Origin: Candidatus Aminicenantes bacterium
GTDB taxonomy: Bacteria > Acidobacteriota > Aminicenantia > Aminicenantales > JAFGBC01
Assembly (NCBI GenBank): GCA_963702005.1
Contig: OY969696.1
Span: 2,304,001 to 2,368,000, forward strand
Direction: 5' to 3'
Length of the DNA: 64,000 nt
Positions 29,199 through 38,744 of the stretch are shown one piece after another. The number at the start of each line of letters is the position of its first letter. The stretch's first letter is position 1. The translations under genes were made by a program, and so were the position numbers. The notes beneath the pieces are model-generated. The model was not told where the DNA came from, searched no databases, and worked only from the letters and a program-made list of their open reading frames with translations.

Positions 29199-30878
29199 AT
29201 GATCAGCGCGGAGACATCGATATACAAGCCGGTCCGGGCGCCGCGCGGGACAAAGCTCCATACCAAGGGCTGGTCCCAAGAGGGCGCGCTCCGGATGCTT
29301 ATGAACAACCTCGACCCCGACGTCGCCGAAAAGCCCCAGGAGCTCATCGTCTACGGCGGGACCGGGAAGGCCGCCCGTAACTGGGAGTGCTTCCGGGCCC
29401 TCGTCGCCTCCCTAAAAAAGCTGGAGAACGACGAAACCTTGATCGTCCAATCCGGAAAGCCGGTCGCCGTCTTCAAGACCCACGACGAGGCGCCCCGGGT
29501 TCTGATCGCGAACGCCCTGATCGTCCCCCAATGGGCGACCTGGGACGAGTTCCGCCGCTTGGAAGCGAAGGGATTGACCATGTACGGCCAGATGACGGCC
29601 GGAAGCTGGATCTACATCGGGACTCAAGGGATTCTCCAGGGGACCTTTGAAACCCTGGCCGCCGTGGCCCGCCGGCATTTCGGCGGGACCCTCAAGGGGA
29701 CGCTGACGCTCACGGCCGGCCTGGGCGGCATGGGCGGGGCCCAACCCCTGGCCGTGACCATGAACGACGGCGTCGCCATCGTTGTCGAGGTCGACCGGGA
29801 CCGGATCCGGCGGCGGCTCGAAACCCGCTATCTGGACACCATGGTCGAGAATCTCGACGAGGCGCTGAAGCTCGCCTTCGACGCTAAAAAAAAGGGGGAG
29901 GCCCTGTCCATCGCTCTTCTCGGCAACGCGGCCGACGTCCTGCCCGAGTTCGTCAAGCGGGGAATCACGCCGGACGTCCTCACCGACCAGACCTCGGCCC
30001 ATGACGAGCTCAACGGTTATGTGCCGCACGGGATTCCCTACCAGGAAGCCCTCCGCCTGCGCGCGGCCGATCCCAAGGATTACATCCGACGGGCGTACCA
30101 ATCTATGGGTCTTCACCTCCAGGCCATGATCGAGCTCCAGAAGCGGGGAGCCAAGTCTTTTGACTACGGTAACAACCTCCGCGGTCAAGCCCGGAAGGCC
30201 GGGGTTGAAAATGCCTTCGACATCCCGGGCTTCGTGCCGGAATACATCCGGCCCTTGTTTTGCCTGGGGAAAGGGCCGTTCCGCTGGGCGGCCCTGTCGG
30301 GGAAGCCGCAGGATATCTACGCGACCGACGAGGCCGTCCTCAAGGAATTTCCCGAGGATGAGGCCCTGGAGCGCTGGATCCGCAAGGCGCGGAAGCAGGT
30401 CAAGTTCCAGGGACTGCCGGCCCGGATTTGCTGGCTGGGCTACGGCGAGAGGGCCCGCTTCGGCGATGTCATCAACCGTCTCGTCAAACGGGGCAAGGTC
30501 GGGGCGCCGATCGTCATCGGCCGGGACCATCTCGACACGGGATCGGTCGCCTCGCCCAACCGAGAGACGGAGGGCATGAGGGACGGCTCGGATGCCATCG
30601 CCGATTGGCCCATCCTGAATGCGCTCTTGAACGCGGTCAGCGGCGCCTCCTGGGTGTCCGTCCATCATGGAGGAGGGGTCGGGATCGGCCTCTCCATCCA
30701 TGCCGGCATGGTCATCGTTGCCGACGGGACCGCCTCGGCCGCGCGGCGCCTGGCCCGGGTCCTGACCGTGGATCCCGGCCTGGGGGTCGCCCGCCATGCC
30801 GACGCGGGCTACGAGGACGCCGTGCTCTGCGCGAAGAAAAATAAAATAAGGCTGCCGCTGGCGTTGAAACGCGGCTGA
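29199..30878 (+). CDS. hutU: Urocanate hydratase
   Basis: [35 protein letters not shown]. Confidence 0.97.
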   Translation: MISAETSIYKPVRAPRGTKLHTKGWSQEGALRMLMNNLDPDVAEKPQELIVYGGTGKAARNWECFRALVASLKKLENDETLIVQSGKPVAVFKTHDEAPRVLIANALIVPQWATWDEFRRLEAKGLTMYGQMTAGSWIYIGTQGILQGTFETLAAVARRHFGGTLKGTLTLTAGLGGMGGAQPLAVTMNDGVAIVVEVDRDRIRRRLETRYLDTMVENLDEALKLAFDAKKKGEALSIALLGNAADVLPEFVKRGITPDVLTDQTSAHDELNGYVPHGIPYQEALRLRAADPKDYIRRAYQSMGLHLQAMIELQKRGAKSFDYGNNLRGQARKAGVENAFDIPGFVPEYIRPLFCLGKGPFRWAALSGKPQDIYATDEAVLKEFPEDEALERWIRKARKQVKFQGLPARICWLGYGERARFGDVINRLVKRGKVGAPIVIGRDHLDTGSVASPNRETEGMRDGSDAIADWPILNALLNAVSGASWVSVHHGGGVGIGLSIHAGMVIVADGTASAARRLARVLTVDPGLGVARHADAGYEDAVLCAKKNKIRLPLALKRG

Positions 30879-30891
30879 GCGGCCGCCTCAA

Positions 30892-30922
30892 AGTGTGACA
30901 TCAGCGTGTCATAGTGTGACAT
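30892..30922. promoter_or_regulatory. Candidate enhancer (UAS): AGTGTGACAT direct repeat with 21-bp period
   Basis: AGTGTGACAT-cagcgTGTCAt-AGTGTGACAT, 160-190 bp upstream of a sigma-54 promoter. Confidence 0.55.
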
Positions 30923-31081
30923 GCGGATGGATTTAATTCCATCCGTGGGAAGGAGTTAGAGAGGGGGGTCTCAAAGCGTGACCGTGTCCGCCCAAAACAG
31001 GGCCGCCGCGGGAGCCGGAATCCCTCCTGGATTTTCCCTGATCGCGGCGGAAAATGAGAAGGCGAAGGTGCGGTCCGGCGC

Positions 31082-31097
31082 TGGCACGGAGCTTGCT
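31082..31097 (+). promoter_or_regulatory. Sigma-54 (-24/-12) promoter
   Basis: TGGCACG-GAGC-TTGCT, full consensus, 24 nt before ATG with AAGGAGG RBS. Confidence 0.8.
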
Positions 31098-31121
31098 ATA
31101 CAAAGGGCGAAAGGAGGTCCG

Positions 31122-31346
31122 ATGAAAAGGACAGTTTTTCTCGTTCTCGTGCTTCTCGTGTTGTTCTCCGCCGCGCTGTTCTTCCCGCGGCAGGCCGCCG
31201 GCGCCGTCAGCGTGGATGATTGTTACAACAATCATTCGCGTTGTCGGCAGCTGGCTTTAGGCTCTGATGTGGGTTGGATCAAGACAACGCTCATGCTGAC
31301 GGCCTGCGACCTGGGTTTCGGGGTCTGCCTCTACCACGCGAACTAG
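31122..31346 (+). CDS. Secreted 74-aa four-Cys peptide (CX6C-X20-CX6C)
   Basis: Strong RBS, Sec signal peptide, predicted mature AVSVDDCYNNHSRC...ACDLGFGVCLYHAN. Confidence 0.8.
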   Translation: MKRTVFLVLVLLVLFSAALFFPRQAAGAVSVDDCYNNHSRCRQLALGSDVGWIKTTLMLTACDLGFGVCLYHAN

Positions 31347-31370
31347 AGGATTTGGCGCGAGAGAACGAAA

Positions 31371-31399
31371 GGGGCCCTCCGTCTTCGACGGAGGGCCCC
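31371..31399 (+). terminator. Perfect 13-bp GC-rich hairpin after peptide gene (no U-tract on +)
   Basis: GGGGCCCTCCGTC-TTC-GACGGAGGGCCCC. Confidence 0.6.
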
Positions 31400-31438
31400 G
31401 ACTCAACCCGACTCAAAGGGAGGGGGGAGGTTGGTGGC

Positions 31439-32428
31439 ATGCGGAAGACGCTGACGTTTTTAGCGGCTCTTTTAATCATCCTGACGGGGGGAATCCGGGG
31501 AGCGGCCCAGGAGCGTTCCGGCCGGATTCTGAAGACCGTCAAGGATCACAAGGCCGATTTCGAGAGCGACGATTGCGCGATTTTTTCGACGCCCGTGGCC
31601 TTATCGGTCTGGGGGGACGCCCTTTATGTCGTGGACGCTCAGGACTGCGCCGTCAAGGTCTTTTCAAGGATGGGGCGGCATGTCAAGGATATCGGCCGGC
31701 AGGGGAAGGGACCGGGGGAGTTCGATCATCCCTCATCTCTCGCCAGGCTCGGTGAGAAAATTTATATCGCGGACGCGTTCAATAATAGGGTGCATATTCT
31801 GGACCCGGATGGCCGCCCTCTGGGAGGTTTTAAGCTGGCCGAATCTCCGAATCAACTTATCGTTCTCGGGGAGGGCCGGATCGTCGTCTCGCATCATCCC
31901 GGCCTGCCGCCCAGACCGGAGAAGCTTGTGCGCTGCTACGATGAAAAGGGAAAGCTCCTCTGGGAAGCCTTGGACGCCCTCATGTCTTCGGACGCGATCT
32001 ATGACCTGTTCCGGAATCAGCTCGTCCTGATGAACGCCGGCGACGGGACTTTTTTCATCGCCAATAAATGCGACAACAGGTTGTTCCGCCGTTATGATGG
32101 CGACGGGCGTTTTCTGGGCCGGATCGAGGCCGCGCCGGACCGGAAACCGAGGAGGGTCAGCCTTCCCCTCAAGTCAGGAAAAAAGGAAGTAACTCCCTTC
32201 TGTTGGGATTGCGCTTTCGAAAAGGGGAAGTTCTTCGTCCTCCTTCCCGAATTCCCCGATGACCGGGATGTCGGGCCGGGGAGGGTGATCAGGGTTGTCG
32301 ACGGCGGGGGCCGGACTGTGGAGGAGATCGAGCTTCCCGGGCCCGTTAAAAGAATCTGGGTCGAGGGCGATTGGATCTTTGCTTTCGACATCGAGAATGC
32401 CTTGAGGATATTTCAGGTCGTTCGATGA
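31439..32428 (+). CDS. Exported 6-bladed beta-propeller (NHL-like)
   Basis: Signal peptide; IGRQGKGPGEF..P, IYIAD..NNRV. Confidence 0.8.
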   Translation: MRKTLTFLAALLIILTGGIRGAAQERSGRILKTVKDHKADFESDDCAIFSTPVALSVWGDALYVVDAQDCAVKVFSRMGRHVKDIGRQGKGPGEFDHPSSLARLGEKIYIADAFNNRVHILDPDGRPLGGFKLAESPNQLIVLGEGRIVVSHHPGLPPRPEKLVRCYDEKGKLLWEALDALMSSDAIYDLFRNQLVLMNAGDGTFFIANKCDNRLFRRYDGDGRFLGRIEAAPDRKPRRVSLPLKSGKKEVTPFCWDCAFEKGKFFVLLPEFPDDRDVGPGRVIRVVDGGGRTVEEIELPGPVKRIWVEGDWIFAFDIENALRIFQVVR

Positions 32429-32916
32429 ACATGCTCCGTATCGCGGCCGCCCTCTGCCTCGTCCTATCTTCATCGGTCGCAGCGGCCGGCGTCGGGCAGC
32501 CGCCCGATGGATTTGTCCGGCTCTATGGCGAGCTCGGCGACGTCCCCTGTCGGCCGGGACGGCCCATCGTGCTCGTTTTTTTCACGACGGCCTGCCCGAC
32601 TTGCTGGGACGACCTGTTCGAGGTCCGCTCCTTCATCGAGGAGCAGGGACTCGAGTTCGAGCTCGTCGGCGTCACCAGGGATTCCGAGTCCGCCGTCCGG
32701 GCTTTCCTCGGGAAATACGGCTTCCCCGGGCCCGTTGTCCGGGACGCCCGAAAGCGGCTGTTCAGGGCCTATGCCGTCGAGGCCGAGCCGTTCACGGTTG
32801 TGATCAACGACGGCCGGGTCGTATATCGGGACGATAGCTTCTTGGACTTCAAATCACGAAGGGAGGAACTCAAGAAATGGATGATGCGGCACGCCGGGCG
32901 ATTTATCTCCGCTTGA
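32425..32916 (+). CDS. Exported thioredoxin-like (TlpA/redoxin) protein
   Basis: Signal peptide; LVFFTTACPTC; cis-Pro motif EPFTVVI. Confidence 0.8.
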   Translation: MNMLRIAAALCLVLSSSVAAAGVGQPPDGFVRLYGELGDVPCRPGRPIVLVFFTTACPTCWDDLFEVRSFIEEQGLEFELVGVTRDSESAVRAFLGKYGFPGPVVRDARKRLFRAYAVEAEPFTVVINDGRVVYRDDSFLDFKSRREELKKWMMRHAGRFISA

Positions 32917-33617
32917 CCTGGAGGAAACTCATTTTATCCAAGGTCTCATGGGGGGCCGGGGCGGCTTTGATCTTATTCGCCGCCGTCTTCTGGATAAAAG
33001 ATTCGCTCGAAACGGCTTTCAAAGCGTTTCTGACGCTCTGTCCCTATCTCTTTCTTTTTCTGACCCAGGATATGATGAAAGGGGAGATCGACGCCGGCAG
33101 CCTCGAGAACGTCCTTTTTGTAAATGGAGGGTTCAGAAGCTATCTCAAGATGAAGAACCTCGTCGTGGCCGGGGCCGCCGTCGCGTTCGTTTCCGGGGTC
33201 TTTGTTGTTCTTGCCGTCCCCGCCGTCATTACGGGAACGTTTGCCGGAAGGAAGCTCATCCCGCTTTTGCTGTTGGCCGCAGCCGCCGGCGTCTATTATG
33301 TCTTTTTGGGAAACGCGCTCAGCCTCTTCCTCAAGGGGGGATCGAACGTCATGATCGTCATCATCGTCCAGGCCGCCCTTGCGGTCTGGCTGATATTATC
33401 GGTCAAGGATCAGGGAGGGATCCTTACTTACTTGGAGACGGGGACGTTTCCCAACTTCGGCGCAAGACTGCTGTTCATGGGATTCGCGGCCCTCTGTCCC
33501 AATTTCCTGATCAGCGTCAGGTTCGTCCCCTTCGGTTGGGAGTTCTTGCTCCTGGCCGCCGCGCTTTGGCTGGTCCAGAGCTTCACCATCGGCCGCCTGG
33601 AGTTGGTGCGGCGATGA
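32877..33617 (+). CDS. ABC-2-like permease
   Basis: About 6 TM; EIDAGSLE motif; ATGA-coupled to ATPase. Confidence 0.7.
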   Translation: MDDAARRAIYLRLTWRKLILSKVSWGAGAALILFAAVFWIKDSLETAFKAFLTLCPYLFLFLTQDMMKGEIDAGSLENVLFVNGGFRSYLKMKNLVVAGAAVAFVSGVFVVLAVPAVITGTFAGRKLIPLLLLAAAAGVYYVFLGNALSLFLKGGSNVMIVIIVQAALAVWLILSVKDQGGILTYLETGTFPNFGARLLFMGFAALCPNFLISVRFVPFGWEFLLLAAALWLVQSFTIGRLELVRR

Positions 33618-34315
33618 ACGAAGATATCATCAGGCTCAACTGCGTCTCGAAACGGTACAGGCGAGTCGAGGCGGTCCGGAACGCGTCCTTCGGCCTGCGC
33701 CGCTTGGCCTTGACGGCCTTCCTGGGCGAGAACGGGGCCGGGAAGACGACGACGATCAAGATGATCCTCGGATTTCTCACCCCGGACGCCGGCGTCATCG
33801 AGAGGCGCATGGGGAGCGTCGGCTACGTTCCTGAACAACCCGCTTTCAGTCCTTGGCTGACTGGCGCGCGTCTCCTGGAGCTCACGGCGCAGGCCGTTTC
33901 CCTGTCCCGGGACGAGCTCGAATCCCGGATTCAAGAATACGGGCGGATTTTGAACTTCGACGAAACCCTCCTCTGGCGGACTGTCAGGACCTATTCCCTG
34001 GGCAACCACAAAAAATTCTCTTATCTCCAGAGTCTGATCCTCGAACCGGACCTCCTCATCGTCGACGAGCCCTTCACGGCGCTCGATCCCGTCGCCATCA
34101 AGAATGTCCGCGACATGTTCATCGAGCTCAAGGGCCGCGGCCGGACCCTTCTTCTAAGCTCGCATCTCATTTCCGAGATGGAAAAGGTTTGTGATGACGT
34201 TGTCATCATCCGCCGGGGCGAGATTGTCTTCCATGACGAGTTCCGGCGTGTCCGCGAGATGGGGAAGGACCTCGAAAGCTTGTTCCTTGAGTTTGCGGGG
34301 CGCAGCCCGAGCTAA
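33614..34315 (+). CDS. ABC transporter ATP-binding protein
   Basis: GENGAGKTT, YSLGN signature, LIVDEP, SSH. Confidence 0.9.
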   Translation: MNEDIIRLNCVSKRYRRVEAVRNASFGLRRLALTAFLGENGAGKTTTIKMILGFLTPDAGVIERRMGSVGYVPEQPAFSPWLTGARLLELTAQAVSLSRDELESRIQEYGRILNFDETLLWRTVRTYSLGNHKKFSYLQSLILEPDLLIVDEPFTALDPVAIKNVRDMFIELKGRGRTLLLSSHLISEMEKVCDDVVIIRRGEIVFHDEFRRVREMGKDLESLFLEFAGRSPS

Positions 34316-35265
34316 GCGAGGAGCCTGAGGAGCCGGTAATCGCTCTCGACCGGCGTCGTCTTGGGCAGGACGGCCTTGTCCAGGGGCCAGAGATCTAAAA
34401 CGCCGTGCCTGAGACGGACGCAGCAGTCGGTACGGCCTTCCAGAAGGGCGTCGACGGCGGCATGGCCGAGCCGGGCGGCCATGATCCGGTCCAGGGCGGT
34501 AGGACGCCCGCCCCGCTGGATATGGCCGAGCACGGCCACCCGTGTCTCGAATCCGGTCCGGTCCGTGATCATCCGCGCGACATCCTCGGCCCGGGCTTTG
34601 CCCTCGGCCACGATCATGATCCAGCTGACTTTGCCCTCGGCATAGCCGGCCTTGATCTCCGCGCAGATATGATCCATATCTTGGTCCCGCTCCGGGATCA
34701 GTACCTCTTCGCAGCCGCCGGCCAGGGCGACTTGGAGGGCGATGTATCCGCAATCCCGGCCCATGACTTCGACGACGAAGATGCGCTCAAGGCTGGTCGC
34801 CGTATCCCTGATCTTGTCCAGGGCGTCGAGCGCGACGTTGAGGGCGGTATCCGTGCCCAAGGTTAGGTCCACGCCGTTGACATCGTTGTCGATGGTGGCC
34901 GGAATGCCGACGACGGGGAGGCCGGCTTCGACGCACAGGAGATGAGCCCCGAGAAATGAGCCGTTGCCGCCGATGACGATGAGTCCCTCGATCCCGAGCC
35001 GCCTGACGGTCGCCGCGGCCCGGCGCCGGCCGTCCGGGGAGAAAAAGCGTTCGGAGCGGGCCGTCCGGAGGATGGTTCCGCCCTGGTTGATGATCCCGGA
35101 CACAGACCTCCTGGTGAGCGGCGTGGTCAGCCCGTCGATGAGGCCCTCGAAACCCTTGAGGATACCCAGGACCTCGACGCCGCGCCCCGCCGCGGTCCTG
35201 ACAACGGACCGAATGGCGGCGTTGACGCCGGCGCAGTCCCTAGTCAGAATACCGATTCGTTTCAT
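34312..35265 (-). CDS. pfkA: 6-phosphofructokinase
   Basis: GGTILRTARS, IGGNGS, PATIDND, EVMGR, LGHIQRGG. Confidence 0.92.
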   Translation of the reverse strand: MKRIGILTRDCAGVNAAIRSVVRTAAGRGVEVLGILKGFEGLIDGLTTPLTRRSVSGIINQGGTILRTARSERFFSPDGRRRAAATVRRLGIEGLIVIGGNGSFLGAHLLCVEAGLPVVGIPATIDNDVNGVDLTLGTDTALNVALDALDKIRDTATSLERIFVVEVMGRDCGYIALQVALAGGCEEVLIPERDQDMDHICAEIKAGYAEGKVSWIMIVAEGKARAEDVARMITDRTGFETRVAVLGHIQRGGRPTALDRIMAARLGHAAVDALLEGRTDCCVRLRHGVLDLWPLDKAVLPKTTPVESDYRLLRLLA

Positions 35266-35277
35266 TGCGTCCGGGAT

Positions 35278-37644
35278 TTATTGAGCTTTATAGTTCTGGA
35301 CGGGGGCGACGTTGTCGATGACCCAGACGCCGCGGCCGAAGGTGGCGACGGCGATCGTGTTGTCCCGGGGATGGACGATGAGGTCCCAGACATAGGTGTT
35401 GGGGAGGCCGCTCCCAAGGTAATACCAGATTTTGCCGCCGTCGGCGGTCGTGTAGACGCCGAGGTCGGTTCCGACATAGAGAACGGATTTGTTCTTGGGG
35501 TCTTCGCGGATGACGTTGACCGGCCCGCCCGGGATATTCCCGGAAATGTCGACCCAGGTCTTGCCGAAATCGGTCGACTTGTAAACATAGTCCGCGAAAT
35601 CGTCGTCCCTCCGGCCGTTGAGGGTCAGGTAGACCGTTCCCAGTTCGTATTGGGAGGCGACCAGCCGCGAGACGTGCTTGTTGTAGGGAAGCCCTGCCGT
35701 CGTCTCGGTCCAGACCTCGCCGCTGTTTTTGGTGATCCAAACCCGGCCGTCGTCGGTCCCGGCATAGATGAGCCCGAACTTCAAGGGCGATTCCGAGATG
35801 GCCGTCAGGCAGGCGTAGGGGATGGCGAAAGGCCACTTGCCCCGCTTTTCGGGGTCGTTGTAGCTGAGGTCGGGGCTGATCCGCTCCCAGGTTTCGCCCC
35901 GGTCGAGCGAGCGGTACAGGTACTGGAAGCCGTGGTAGACGATCATCGGGTTGTGGGGGGAGAGGACGGTCGGCGCCAGCCACTGGCCGCGCAGGGGCGG
36001 CTCGCCTTCCCCGGCTTTGGGCGCGATATTTTTGGATTCCCACTGGCCGTTCTTGAATTCCGAGCGCATCAGCCGGCCGTAGTACGTGGAGGAGTAGAGG
36101 ATGGCGGAATTTGTCGGGTCGACGGCGATGTGGGTCCCCTCTCCGCCCGGGCAAGGTTCCCAGCCCGGCAGGCGGCGTCCCATGGCGTCCTCGCGGGTGG
36201 GATGGTAGGCGACGCTCCCCTTATAGGTGCCGTGATCTTGGACCGAGCCGTAGACATGGAACGGCTTGTCCATGTCATAAGCGATGTTGTAGAACTGGAT
36301 GAGGGGGTGGTGGGTGTGGAAGTCGCGCCAGGTCTCGCCGCCGTCGTAGGAAACGTTGACTCCGCCGTCGTTGACGTTGATGAGATAGCGGGAGTCGGAA
36401 GGGTCGATCCACAGGCCGTGATGGTCGCCGTGAAGGCCGGCGAAATAAAGGTTCTTGAAGGATTTGCCGCCGTCGGTCGACTTGGCCAGGTTGAGGCCCA
36501 TGATGTAGACCGTGTTCTCGTCGTTGGGATCGACCCGGATCTGGCCGAATACCCAGCCGTATGTCCCGGAGAACTGTTCCATGCGCTGGTCGGAGGGGCT
36601 GACCTTGCGCCAAGTCTCGCCCTTGTCGTCCGAGCGGTAGACTTCGGCGCCGGTGGGAACCCGCTCTGTCTTCTGCCGGCCGTAGGAGTCGAGCTCGCCC
36701 TGCCGCGGCTCGCGGCCTGGGGTGTGGTTGTCGACGAAAGCGTAGAGGACGGCGGGGTTGCCGCGGGCGATGTCGATCCCGATACGCCCGGTATAATTCG
36801 TGTCGGGCAGGCCCGCCGTCAGGGGCTTCCAGGATTTGCCGCCGTCTGTTGTCTTAAACAGGCCGTCCTCGCCGTTCGGGGCCGGATCGCTCCAGCGCCG
36901 GCGGATCCGGTTCCAAAGCGAGGCGTAGAGGACTTCGCTGTCCTTGGGATCCATGACGAGGTCGATGGCGCCGGCCTTGTCGCTTGTGTACAGGATCTTC
37001 TGCCAGGTTTTGCCGCCGTCCTCCGTCTTGAAGACGCCCCGGTCGGGATTGTAGGTCCATTCGTGTCCTGAGGCGGCGACGTAAACGATGTCGGGGTTGG
37101 CGGGATGGATGACGATCCGGCCGATGGTCTGGGTCGCCGCAAGGCCCATGTGCGCCCAGGTCTTGCCGCCGTCCGTGGATTTGTAAACGCCGGCGCCGGC
37201 CGTCGAGGCGCGGAAGATGTTGGATTCGCCCGTCCCGACCCAGATGATTTCGGGATTGGAGTCCGAGACGGCGATGTCGCCGATGGACTGGGTTGCCGCC
37301 TCGTCCAGAAGGGGCTGCCAGGTGATGCCCGCGTTCTCCGTCTTCCAGACGCCGGACGTCGCTGCGCCGACGTAGAATGAGAACTTGCTGCCCTTGGGGA
37401 CGGCGATGTCGGTGCAGCGGCCGCTGATGAGGTCGGGACCGATGAACCTCCAGGTCATATTCTTGAAGGGGCTCTGGGCCTTGAGGGCCGTGTGCTCCTC
37501 GAACCACTTGAGGCGGACGGCCGGGTCCGTGCTCTCGATCTTTTTGAGGCCCTTGCCAGGGCTTTTGGGGCCGGCCCAGCCCCATAAAGAAGAGATAAAC
37601 AAGACAGCCAGGATAAAGACGGAAATACGCTTAAAGGATTTCAT
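35278..37644 (-). CDS. Secreted BNR/Asp-box (VPS10/GH74-like) beta-propeller protein
   Basis: Signal peptide; many S/T-x-D-G-G-x-T/S-W repeats. Confidence 0.85.
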   Translation of the reverse strand: MKSFKRISVFILAVLFISSLWGWAGPKSPGKGLKKIESTDPAVRLKWFEEHTALKAQSPFKNMTWRFIGPDLISGRCTDIAVPKGSKFSFYVGAATSGVWKTENAGITWQPLLDEAATQSIGDIAVSDSNPEIIWVGTGESNIFRASTAGAGVYKSTDGGKTWAHMGLAATQTIGRIVIHPANPDIVYVAASGHEWTYNPDRGVFKTEDGGKTWQKILYTSDKAGAIDLVMDPKDSEVLYASLWNRIRRRWSDPAPNGEDGLFKTTDGGKSWKPLTAGLPDTNYTGRIGIDIARGNPAVLYAFVDNHTPGREPRQGELDSYGRQKTERVPTGAEVYRSDDKGETWRKVSPSDQRMEQFSGTYGWVFGQIRVDPNDENTVYIMGLNLAKSTDGGKSFKNLYFAGLHGDHHGLWIDPSDSRYLINVNDGGVNVSYDGGETWRDFHTHHPLIQFYNIAYDMDKPFHVYGSVQDHGTYKGSVAYHPTREDAMGRRLPGWEPCPGGEGTHIAVDPTNSAILYSSTYYGRLMRSEFKNGQWESKNIAPKAGEGEPPLRGQWLAPTVLSPHNPMIVYHGFQYLYRSLDRGETWERISPDLSYNDPEKRGKWPFAIPYACLTAISESPLKFGLIYAGTDDGRVWITKNSGEVWTETTAGLPYNKHVSRLVASQYELGTVYLTLNGRRDDDFADYVYKSTDFGKTWVDISGNIPGGPVNVIREDPKNKSVLYVGTDLGVYTTADGGKIWYYLGSGLPNTYVWDLIVHPRDNTIAVATFGRGVWVIDNVAPVQNYKAQ

Positions 37645-37789
37645 AGAATAACCTCCCTGGGAGATGGCGAAAACACAGAGAGCATGCTCATAAGTGAACG
37701 CATCTAAAATATTAGATTTCAGGGACGGATGTCAATAACAAAAAGCGTGCCCGGAAGCCAGCTTCCGTTTCTGCCGGAGATATTAAATC

Positions 37790-38395
37790 CTAGAGCGGAA
37801 TCTCTAAGCTCGCGCCGAATCGGAAGAAACTCGCCGTTGTCGTATCGTCCTCCCTCGGATCGATCAGATGGTGGAACGCGGCCCTGAACGCGAGCGCAAG
37901 GGGTCTGATTCCGTTCGTGAGGTTTATCCTCAATCCGGGGCCGCCCAGGACATCGTAGTATATTCCCTCAAAGCTTCCCCAGTCCGTCCAGCACAAGCCT
38001 CCGCCCCCTTCCAGAAACACGGTCGCAGTCTTGATTTTAATAATGTCCACGATTCCCGTCAAAGCCGCCGACCAAAAATGGTAAGGCTTCGATCCATTAT
38101 CCGGGGGGAGAAACGAGCTGGTGACCTCCCATTGGTAGGTTCCCCTCTGATAGAGGAGGTTGAGCCCGACGGAGAGTCGGTTGCCGAATGAGTAAGTGCA
38201 GATCGCTCCCAGGTGGTAATCCAGCCGATACTTATCCGAGTAGGGACGAACATGCCAGTCAAAAGCATAGCCGCTGCCCACGGACCATCCGAGACTGGGG
38301 CCCAGCGAAAATCCGCCGGGAGTCTGCGCGCAGGCGGCGATCGGCCCGAAAACCAGTAAAGATGAGAGGACCGCCGTATAAACAAACTTCTCCAT
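37790..38395 (-). CDS. Small outer-membrane beta-barrel protein
   Basis: ATG after GGAGG; signal peptide; amphipathic strands. Confidence 0.6.
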   Translation of the reverse strand: MEKFVYTAVLSSLLVFGPIAACAQTPGGFSLGPSLGWSVGSGYAFDWHVRPYSDKYRLDYHLGAICTYSFGNRLSVGLNLLYQRGTYQWEVTSSFLPPDNGSKPYHFWSAALTGIVDIIKIKTATVFLEGGGGLCWTDWGSFEGIYYDVLGGPGLRINLTNGIRPLALAFRAAFHHLIDPREDDTTTASFFRFGASLEIPL

Positions 38396-38744
38396 TTTCC
38401 TTCCTCCGTTTGTTGATTTGCGGGCTTGCGATTGAAATGAAGTCAGGATGCCAATCCTTCGAGGGATAGGCCAAACATCCTTCCTCAGCAACGGCTTCCT
38501 TCTTTTTCGCGCTCGATAAGCATCCCTTTTTAAATCAATTATAAGCCAGAGACAGACGAAGGTCAAGGAACTCGAGGAGAGGTCCAGCGCGCCGGTTGAG
38601 CGGGCTTCCGTCAATATCCCCGGATTGATTCGGGATCTTTAAGATTGTATTTTTTCCCAAGCCGGGTGTAACATTTACTTAAAGAAATATCCGCTCCGGG
38701 CTGCGGGAGAGGGATATCCTGAAATCGAAAATGGAGGGGAGAGC

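Noticed and set aside
29199-30878. Orphan hutU as a novel pathway
   Set aside because: hut genes are often dispersed; the others may lie outside the window.
31122-31346. Canonical glycocin, lanthipeptide or bufferin cluster
   Set aside because: No glycosyltransferase, LanM/B/C, radical SAM or MNIO enzyme and no double-Gly leader; only the Cys scaffold matches glycocins.
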